The notes beneath the pieces are model-generated. The model searched no databases, was not told where the DNA came from, and saw nothing but the letters and a program-made list of their open reading frames with translations. DNA of 53,072 nt from a virus (taxonomy: Duplodnaviria > Caudoviricetes): positions 1 to 53,072 of IMG/VR virus record IMGVR_UViG_3300020442_004221; one strand, given 5' to 3'. Shown here piece after piece: positions 46,420 through 53,072 of the stretch (the first letter of the stretch is position 1; every line of letters starts with the position of its first letter). A program made the position numbers and the translations under genes.

Positions 46420-47249
46420 TGCACCATCATGATCTGCGAGGGGTTGTAGAATAATTTAAAGTTTTGGAACTTATTGGTTAAATTTTTATGAAGCATGACA
46501 TGCTCGCAATCTTCTCCGGAATACAATGGCTTATAAAATTCTTTTCTATATATGCAACAACCACCGAAACCGCTGAAAACTTCAAAAGGTTTAGATCCTA
46601 TAGGTAAATAAAACTCAGGAAACCAAGGAATATTTTGTTCATTCCAGTGATTCAGTCTGAAAGCAAAAGAATCATAGTTTGTATATTGATTATTACTTTG
46701 GTTTTTAATATAACTATTGCCACACATAGCACTAATTTCTGGATTATCTTTCATCCATCCTAGTGAATTAAAAAGCCCATTTGTGCTAAAATTTAAAAAA
46801 TCAATATCTAGTACTACAAAAAAATCATATGAATTTAAGAGTTGTTTATCAATAGAATTGTAGCATGCTATTCTGGCTCTAGCCATATTAAAAGTTCTAA
46901 CAGTATTTCTAGATAAAGGCAAGTATTTTGTGTCTAGCTTTTCAGAAACAATGGAGAAATTACTATATTCTGGCTTATTAAATAATTCTTGGATTAATGC
47001 AGGAGTATCGTCATTAGAGTCGTTTTCGTAAACATAAACATTTGATTCTTTATGGAAATTTTCTAAAAGTAATCTAATTTGCCTCATAGGAAATTTAAAT
47101 TGATTAGCTATATTTCTAGCTAAACATAGGATAGCTATTTTTTTATTTTCAGCATACTTTAAACCAGTTTGTAATTTATCTTGATACTCTGTGACACAAT
47201 CTGTATGTACAGGAAAGAGAGTGTCTATATCATATATAATTTTATTCAT
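46416..47249 (-). CDS. CAP59/GT69-like glycosyltransferase
   Basis: LARN, YENDSNDDT, MARAR, VLDID, YDSFAFR, SGFGG, CEHV. Confidence 0.65.
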   Translation of the reverse strand: MNKIIYDIDTLFPVHTDCVTEYQDKLQTGLKYAENKKIAILCLARNIANQFKFPMRQIRLLLENFHKESNVYVYENDSNDDTPALIQELFNKPEYSNFSIVSEKLDTKYLPLSRNTVRTFNMARARIACYNSIDKQLLNSYDFFVVLDIDFLNFSTNGLFNSLGWMKDNPEISAMCGNSYIKNQSNNQYTNYDSFAFRLNHWNEQNIPWFPEFYLPIGSKPFEVFSGFGGCCIYRKEFYKPLYSGEDCEHVMLHKNLTNKFQNFKLFYNPSQIMMVQ

Positions 47250-47776
47250 AAGTTAAAAAAATACCATCTATTATAGTTATTAATATTTTCAGAATTGTTG
47301 ATATGTTCTAGATATCCATATATATCGTTCCAATCAGAAAAAATCATTTGATGTGGGATAACACCAAAAAGCCAATCTGGAGTATTATGCTTACCTTGAC
47401 ACATATGCATTAGTATAGGTTTTTTTTGTCTATTTGCCCAGAAAATTTCTTCGTAAGTTCCACAAGGGTGTATATTTAGATCTAAGTTGACTATAAGAAA
47501 ATCACTAATATCCACCAATCTTAAATCAACAGATCTAATTACTTTCATTACGGAAGAAAGTTCGTCATATCTTTTTTGTTTCTTTAATTTTAATTTATGT
47601 GCATGTGTATGACTATCTTCAAGACCTATATCTGTTGGTTTTAATATGGGATTAAACACTATAGCTTCTAGGTTTTCTAAAAATGGAGTAATCTCTTCTC
47701 TCCAACCCTTACCTCGATCTATTACTCGATCCATAGCTCCAGCTAGATATACTCTTTGATTTCTTAGTCTATTCAT
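47246..47776 (-). CDS. nucleoside 2-deoxyribosyltransferase-like protein
   Basis: VYLAGAM, WRE, FNP, DLRLVDISD, GTYEE. Confidence 0.75.
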   Translation of the reverse strand: MNRLRNQRVYLAGAMDRVIDRGKGWREEITPFLENLEAIVFNPILKPTDIGLEDSHTHAHKLKLKKQKRYDELSSVMKVIRSVDLRLVDISDFLIVNLDLNIHPCGTYEEIFWANRQKKPILMHMCQGKHNTPDWLFGVIPHQMIFSDWNDIYGYLEHINNSENINNYNRWYFFNL

Positions 47777-47873
47777 TTTCTTGTTCGTATGCTGTTTTTC
47801 TAGCTCTTAAATTACCTTGAACAATACCTATATATAAGCAGAACGCAAACGCTATAGCATTAAGCCAAATCAT
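47769..47873 (-). CDS. 34-aa membrane peptide (below the ORF-track cutoff)
   Basis: MIWLNAIAFAFCLYIGIVQGNLRARKTAYEQENE; ATGA overlap upstream; fills the gap. Confidence 0.65.
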   Translation of the reverse strand: MIWLNAIAFAFCLYIGIVQGNLRARKTAYEQENE

Positions 47874-48376
47874 ACTAACTCCAATTCTATATTATTGCTA
47901 TTTAATTTAAAAGCAACTGAATCTAAATCTAAATTTACTAAATTTTGAACAATAGATTTAGAACTGTAAGAAGACCATTCATCGCTAAACAAGATATATT
48001 TACAGTTCAATAAATCATTTTGATCGATAAAAGTTTTTAAGCTATCTGTATTAGATTGATGGTATTTATTGAAAAAATTTAAAATCCACTGAGAATTTTT
48101 AGCAATAAACGGGATTAAATTCAAAGGCATTTCTGTAATTGTAGGTAAAATTAAATGATAGTTATTCATTAGATTTTTGATATAGCCTTTGAGATCTAAA
48201 GTTTTTAATATACAATAATTGTTAATCCCTACCATAACATCATTATCGACTATGTTTTCAAGAAAGTTTACTTTATATTTTTTGTAGACCATGTCATTTT
48301 TAACTGCTATATATTTATGATAAGGTAAAGCTTCTTTTTCCAAGATCTGAATATTTGAAGTATTTTGTAAAATCAT
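47870..48376 (-). CDS. hypothetical protein
   Basis: 168 aa ORF. Confidence 0.55.
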   Translation of the reverse strand: MILQNTSNIQILEKEALPYHKYIAVKNDMVYKKYKVNFLENIVDNDVMVGINNYCILKTLDLKGYIKNLMNNYHLILPTITEMPLNLIPFIAKNSQWILNFFNKYHQSNTDSLKTFIDQNDLLNCKYILFSDEWSSYSSKSIVQNLVNLDLDSVAFKLNSNNIELELV

Positions 48377-48378
48377 AT

Positions 48379-48927
48379 TTATAGATAATTATCATATACT
48401 TGAGTAAAAATAGGCTTTTTAAAAGTATCTAAAATTAGTTCTTTAATAAAAGGCCAATCAGCACCTAAAACACCCATATGAAATTTTGGTGAATATACTT
48501 GTAGTTTTGTATCGTATTCAGAATTATATCTTTTAATATATTCTTGAGTTCTATATAAGCAGTTGCCTAAATAATAATAATTTAATGGTCGAGGATTTGT
48601 TTCTGAAATAATTCCTGTTTGACATATCATGTTAGCAATAATAATACTATTTTTATATTTTTTATTTGTTCTGGCTTTTACGAATTGGGTATAGCCTAAT
48701 GATACTTTTATTTTTGATGCACCTAGAAGGTGGTAGTTTTCTTTAACTGCTGGGAATGCTTTAGCAATAGTTTTATTGAAGCCTGCACCAAATGTATTCA
48801 TATTGTTACATATATTTAATATGATAACAGAGTTATTTGTATTATCTATTAGATTATTAGCATCATCGATAAGACTATATTTTTTATTTAATATTTTAAT
48901 ATTTTTATGATGTTCTTTGGTAAGCAT
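48379..48927 (-). CDS. macrodomain (Appr-1-p processing / ADP-ribose hydrolase-like) protein
   Basis: CNNMNTFGAGF, IANMICQ, PKFHMGVLGADW. Confidence 0.75.
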   Translation of the reverse strand: MLTKEHHKNIKILNKKYSLIDDANNLIDNTNNSVIILNICNNMNTFGAGFNKTIAKAFPAVKENYHLLGASKIKVSLGYTQFVKARTNKKYKNSIIIANMICQTGIISETNPRPLNYYYLGNCLYRTQEYIKRYNSEYDTKLQVYSPKFHMGVLGADWPFIKELILDTFKKPIFTQVYDNYL

Positions 48928-48955
48928 AAATCACCTCGCCTGTAGGGTTTATGTT

Positions 48956-48984
48956 ATTATAGCTTTTAGCTTTCTGCGAGTCAA
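48956..48984 (-). promoter_or_regulatory. sigma70-type promoter for the macrodomain operon
   Basis: TTGACT (48984-48979), 17-nt spacer, TATAAT (48961-48956); GAGGTG Shine-Dalgarno downstream. Confidence 0.8.
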
Positions 48985-49007
48985 TACTGACTTTTGTTCT
49001 TTTAAAC

Positions 49008-49940
49008 TTATTGTTTTATAATTTTATATCTATCAAATTTCTTATATCTAACAATAGGCTGATTATCAAAATGATACCATTTTATATCTATATATTTTTC
49101 ATCTTGATAGTGAATATAACCGAAAACGTGCAAGTCTTCTGTTAAATAACATAGCTTATTGTATGTAATTCTTAAGTGTAGTTTTCTGTATTGACTGTTA
49201 AAAACAGTATAATTTTGTGTAATACAGGGTGAGAACTTTAAGCCTTCTGATGTGATAATATATCCAAATATTCTTTCTAAGGCATGACTATATGTTCCTG
49301 TGGAGGTGTTACCATCATAAACCTTACCGGTTTCCGTAGATAGCAAGGTGTCTAAATAAGAAAAATGCTTCGATAAATATTTTTGAAAAATTTTAGTTTT
49401 AGATAAAAACATTGATCCTGCCGCAAATTTTGTATCACTAACAGTACTGTAATCAATTCCTATTAAATTGCACAAAGTATCAATTTTTTGAACATTACGA
49501 CCTTGGTTATTTTTTAAGGTTAAGAAACCATGTGATACAGTGCCTATGTGTTTCGAATTGATTGAAGATATGTTGGATTGGTAATTAAATAAATCACCTA
49601 TTAGACTATCTATAAGTATAGTTCCCCAATCAATATCTCCGTTCTTACCAAATAAAGATTGTTTAGAGTGTATCTTGATGAAATAAGGAAATTCTTTATG
49701 GCTTATTCTGGATAGTTGATGTAAAAAGGGTGCTATATCAACACCATAATTTTCATGATAGCTTATATCAACTATTCTATCTTTAAATTTATTAATAAAA
49801 CTATCTAGGAGAATATGTTTTTTATTTTTGATATTAGCAGATATAGCTATTGCAGGTTGTTTTAGTACGTTCAGTAGTGATGATAATTCTTGTAGTCTTT
49901 CTAGAGAGTATAGCTGTAATAATAAAATTGTATTACTCAT
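49008..49940 (-). CDS. RgpF-like glycosyltransferase domain protein
   Basis: ENYGVDIAPFL, KIHSK, FAAGSMF, HALERIFG. Confidence 0.78.
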   Translation of the reverse strand: MSNTILLLQLYSLERLQELSSLLNVLKQPAIAISANIKNKKHILLDSFINKFKDRIVDISYHENYGVDIAPFLHQLSRISHKEFPYFIKIHSKQSLFGKNGDIDWGTILIDSLIGDLFNYQSNISSINSKHIGTVSHGFLTLKNNQGRNVQKIDTLCNLIGIDYSTVSDTKFAAGSMFLSKTKIFQKYLSKHFSYLDTLLSTETGKVYDGNTSTGTYSHALERIFGYIITSEGLKFSPCITQNYTVFNSQYRKLHLRITYNKLCYLTEDLHVFGYIHYQDEKYIDIKWYHFDNQPIVRYKKFDRYKIIKQ

Positions 49941-50907
49941 TACCAATAAATACTTTATTTTTTATAGGTGGTGTTTCGTGCTGATTAGATTTAAATAAAC
50001 ATTTAGAATTTTTATAAATTTCATAGTAATTCTCATAATGTTGATTATTATTTTTAACATATATTATATAGATATATTTCTCTAAAGTTTCTATTTGTAA
50101 ATCAAACGATAATGGGCCGTATCCATCTTTAAGAGCAATTTTATCTGCTATAATATTGTTGGATGAATCTGTCACACGAATGTAATTATCTTGCCATCCG
50201 TCACCATACACATCATATAATAAAATAGATATAGTATGGGTATCGCATTTTTTACAAAGCCTACCACTAATATAGGAACTATGATAATTATTTGACACAT
50301 AAAACTTTACCCCAGCCTTAGCGTTGGATGGATGTCTATTTTGTGCTCCACCAGCAATTAAATATTTGTTTTTTTTATTATTATCTCTTAGAATATTGAA
50401 AAACTTAAAACCAGCATTTATTAAGCCGTATGAAGAAATGTGATTTTCGTTGACATTAATCTTATCTACATCATCTTTATTATTTGGAAATATAGAATAT
50501 TTTTGTTTGTATGGGTTATAATAAACTGATTTATAGAATTCATTATAATTTGGGATCCAGTATTTATTTGATACTGAACTTTCTATTGTATCATCATTGT
50601 TTATTTCTTTATTGTTTTTCCAGTTGCAGTATTGTTGTAATTTTTCTAAATTGATGTAGGTTGCAGGTAAGTTAATGTCAATTTCATCCTTGGTATTAAA
50701 AACATTATTACTATAGTAAATTACTTGCTGTAAGTGTTCATCATATATATTTAATTTTATAGCTTCATTTCCTATATCATTTAGAAACATAGTAAAATCT
50801 TTGTAAGTAATAAAATTTCTTTGAATGAAAAAAGAATAATCTACAGAACCATATCCGTTGATATCTGATTTATTACATTTATTTTTTATTAAACAAAAAT
50901 CATTCAT
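49933..50907 (-). CDS. divergent FGE/SUMF1 (C-type lectin fold)-like protein with a C-terminal DxYGDGW beta domain
   Basis: GYGSVDYSF, YCNW, IPNYNEFYKSVYY, SSYGL; LYDVYGDGWQ. Confidence 0.5.
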   Translation of the reverse strand: MNDFCLIKNKCNKSDINGYGSVDYSFFIQRNFITYKDFTMFLNDIGNEAIKLNIYDEHLQQVIYYSNNVFNTKDEIDINLPATYINLEKLQQYCNWKNNKEINNDDTIESSVSNKYWIPNYNEFYKSVYYNPYKQKYSIFPNNKDDVDKINVNENHISSYGLINAGFKFFNILRDNNKKNKYLIAGGAQNRHPSNAKAGVKFYVSNNYHSSYISGRLCKKCDTHTISILLYDVYGDGWQDNYIRVTDSSNNIIADKIALKDGYGPLSFDLQIETLEKYIYIIYVKNNNQHYENYYEIYKNSKCLFKSNQHETPPIKNKVFIGNE

Positions 50908-51598
50908 ATTGAGTTTGTATTGATAAAGAATTTATAGTTTCATTAACTGGATTATTTAGTATTGTATAATTACTAAAATCAAATTTAATTTTTTCGCAAG
51001 GTATTCTATTGAATTCATCATGTGAAATATTATTATAGTTATATACAGAAATTATATCAAGATCATTATTTATATTAACATTGTCTACATTCTTGCGGAT
51101 AGAAGTTAGAAAAATAGACTTGTTATGAAATATATATATGTATGCATAAGCAATATAGTCTTTGTATTTATTAATACATGTCCATACTTGGTTATAACCT
51201 ATCCACTTTGTAAAAATAAATTTACTTCCATTATCAACAGACAACAGTATGTTAGGTAAGTTTTTAACGAAAGTATTATCCTGGCATATGCAATTCATTT
51301 CATTTAAGTCATAATTTAATTTAATTAATTCAATAGCATCGCTTGAAGGTATTAGTATGTTTTTAATATTTGTATCTAAATTTTTTACGCCCCAATTTGT
51401 ATTTATATTTAATGGTAGTGTACCCTCGTCTGCAATCTTGATTGTATCTATATGCTTTTTGTTATTTAGTGCAATTATAATTTTATTATAAGGTGTGTTG
51501 CGTAAGCTATATAAATAATTATTCCTAATAGGTGTAGAAGAATTAGAATTATTTAATAAATAGATATTATCTGAATGAAAATTGATACTTAAATGCAT
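50900..51598 (-). CDS. hypothetical protein
   Basis: 232 aa Asn-rich ORF. Confidence 0.55.
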   Translation of the reverse strand: MHLSINFHSDNIYLLNNSNSSTPIRNNYLYSLRNTPYNKIIIALNNKKHIDTIKIADEGTLPLNINTNWGVKNLDTNIKNILIPSSDAIELIKLNYDLNEMNCICQDNTFVKNLPNILLSVDNGSKFIFTKWIGYNQVWTCINKYKDYIAYAYIYIFHNKSIFLTSIRKNVDNVNINNDLDIISVYNYNNISHDEFNRIPCEKIKFDFSNYTILNNPVNETINSLSIQTQYE

Positions 51599-51607
51599 TG
51601 CTTATTT

Positions 51608-51802
51608 TTAATCAATTTTAAATATTGATGCAAAATCCTTTATGTCTGATATATTAGGTTCATTTAGAGGATCTATTACTTCTACGTTTAGATCTGATGT
51701 TATTATAATAACTTGATATGAAGATAGGCTCAAGTTATTAATTTTTGATGTCAACTTATCGTTATTAATATAATTAAATATATTTAAATTATTAACATTC
51801 AT
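51608..51802 (-). CDS. hypothetical protein
   Basis: 64 aa ORF overlapping the upstream stop. Confidence 0.45.
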   Translation of the reverse strand: MNVNNLNIFNYINNDKLTSKINNLSLSSYQVIIITSDLNVEVIDPLNEPNISDIKDFASIFKID

Positions 51803-53072
51803 TTTCTGTATTTAACCAATTAAGCGATTTCTGCTCGTTGTGTTCAATAATAACATCCTGTTTAAATGGGTGTGGAGGACATTCTTGATCTTGTTCTATC
51901 ATAAGCATTTGTTTGGGGCTAGCAATATTATCGGAACAGTATTTATCGTATAGACACCACTTATATGGACTAGATGAAATCTTATCTTCTTTACATGGTT
52001 TTTCTGAACATGTATTTTGACAGCAATATCCTGTTTTTTGGACTATTTTAACAGAACAGTTATCTGAGCATTTATCTTTGTATTGAGATTTACATCTATC
52101 AAGCCATCTATCTGTATTAATTAATGTTATATCTAATTTTGTATATGGTCCATTGAGAATTGTGGTATCTTGACAACCATCTGTATATTCTATGTAATAA
52201 TAAATACAAATATCGTCATCTAAGCAATATTGAGTTTGCTGTACTGCTGCTGTAGTAGCTACTTGTGTAGTTGGTGGTACTGTTGGAGTTACTGTTGGAG
52301 GAGGACTGCATACTCCATCTACACAAACCTCACCAATAGCACAACACACCCCATTACAGCAAGAAAGGCTGTATTGACAGCATATAAGTCCACAGCATCG
52401 ACCCACTGCTGGGTTACAACATTGTCCTACCCCACTTTGGCAAGCTGAAACACCCCCGCAGAAAGTAGTACCGGGTATTGTTGGACAACAAACAGGTGTA
52501 CCAGCAGGATTATAACAAATAAGTTGAAAACCAATGGGGCATGGGTTTCCTGGCGGCGGTGGTGGAGGTGGTGTTGGGGGCGGAGGTGGCGGCGGTGTTG
52601 GTGGAGGAGGAGGTGGAGGAGGAACTGTTGTTGGGGGTGGTGGAGGAGGAGGTGTTGGAGGAACAGTTGGTGTTGCTGTTGGAGGAACAGTTGGCGTTGC
52701 TGTTGGTGGTACTGTTGGAGGAACAGTTGGTGGTACTGTTGGAGGAACAGTTGGTGGTACTGTTGGTGGTACTGTTGGTGGTACTGTTGGTGGTACTGTT
52801 GGAGGAACAGTTGGAGGAACAGTTGGTGTTGCTGTTGGTGGTACTGTTGGAGGAACAGTTGGTGGTACTGTTGGAGGAACAGTTGGTGGTACTGTTGGAG
52901 GAACAGTTGGAGGAACAGTTGGCGTTGCTGTTGGAGGAACGGTTGGAGGAACAGTTGGTGTTGCTGTTGGAGGAACGGTTGGAGGAACTGTTGGTGTTTC
53001 TGTTGGAGGAACGGTTGGAGGAACTGTTGGAGGAACTGTTGGTGTTTCTGTTGGAGGAACGGTTGGAGGAAC
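51792..53072 (-). CDS. Partial ORF (start beyond the right edge): mucin/extensin-like Pro/Thr-repeat, Cys-rich protein
   Basis: The frame of the 51792..52406 ORF stays open to the window end: (TVPP)n...polyP-GNPCPIGFQLICYNPAGTPVCCPTIPGTTFCGGVSACQSGVGQCCNPAVGRCCG. Confidence 0.85.
   Translation of the reverse strand, partial: VPPTVPPTETPTVPPTVPPTVPPTETPTVPPTVPPTATPTVPPTVPPTATPTVPPTVPPTVPPTVPPTVPPTVPPTVPPTATPTVPPTVPPTVPPTVPPTVPPTVPPTVPPTVPPTVPPTVPPTATPTVPPTATPTVPPTPPPPPPPTTVPPPPPPPPTPPPPPPPTPPPPPPPGNPCPIGFQLICYNPAGTPVCCPTIPGTTFCGGVSACQSGVGQCCNPAVGRCCGLICCQYSLSCCNGVCCAIGEVCVDGVCSPPPTVTPTVPPTTQVATTAAVQQTQYCLDDDICIYYYIEYTDGCQDTTILNGPYTKLDITLINTDRWLDRCKSQYKDKCSDNCSVKIVQKTGYCCQNTCSEKPCKEDKISSSPYKWCLYDKYCSDNIASPKQMLMIEQDQECPPHPFKQDVIIEHNEQKSLNWLNTENEC
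52551..53072 (-). repeat. Coding tandem repeat: 12-bp units encoding TVPP/TATP/TETP, plus poly-Pro tracts
   Basis: Plus-strand units ggaggaacagtt / ggtggtactgtt / ggtgttgctgtt, varying mostly at synonymous positions. Confidence 0.95.

Noticed and set aside
49933-50907. Diversity-generating retroelement targeting the CLec-fold protein
   Set aside because: No reverse transcriptase and no TR/VR repeat pair are visible in the window
1722-52448. Plus-strand ORFs and short nested minus-strand ORFs in the track
   Set aside because: They are antisense or off-frame shadows of well-supported minus-strand genes and have no recognisable motifs
52551-53072. Tandem repeats as a CRISPR array or telomere-like repeat
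   Set aside because: The units are contiguous 12-mers with no unique spacers, and they keep an open Pro/Thr reading frame with synonymous variation
1-53072. Alternative genetic code (TAG or TGA recoding), as seen in some large phages
   Set aside because: Conserved genes are full length in the standard code, and TAA, TGA and TAG all end genes at sensible positions
1-53072. Cellular (bacterial or CPR) or eukaryotic giant-virus origin
   Set aside because: A single-strand run of divergent replication, nucleotide and orphan genes with Shine-Dalgarno sites, a sigma factor and a T4-like dNMP kinase fits a large phage better. No capsid or terminase gene is in the window, so this remains inference.

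Overview
AT-rich, densely coding 53 kb segment with essentially all real genes on the minus strand and frequent overlapping stop/start codons. It is best read as part of a large tailed dsDNA bacteriophage genome using the standard genetic code (inference: there are no ribosomal or other cellular housekeeping operons, and the gene mix is phage-type). It contains five blocks. (i) A replication/recombination block: SSB, a DnaE-type Pol III alpha split into two genes with a DnaQ-like exonuclease gene between them and no intein, a Cas4-like nuclease, dNMP kinase, primase, DnaB and RecA. (ii) Nucleotide metabolism genes: class II RNR, dCMP deaminase, GMP reductase, a deoxyribosyltransferase-like protein and PhoH. 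(iii) A large glycosylation repertoire: gmd, fcl, three GT4s, GT25, GT2-like, a GT60 polypeptide GlcNAc-transferase, a CAP59-like protein and two RgpF-like proteins. (iv) A membrane-protein and papain-protease cassette that includes a holin-like/ComEA fusion. (v) ClpP, a degenerate DeoC, a sigma factor, a macrodomain, and a partial mucin-like Pro/Thr-repeat, Cys-rich protein at the right edge. Two promoter classes are visible: sigma70-like, and a recurring TGGTGTAT motif. The most notable candidates are a phage-encoded protein O-glycosylation system (GT60-GT2-GT25 plus GDP-fucose plus a mucin-like acceptor) and the three-gene split polymerase. All product calls come from motif recognition by eye; no database searches were run.
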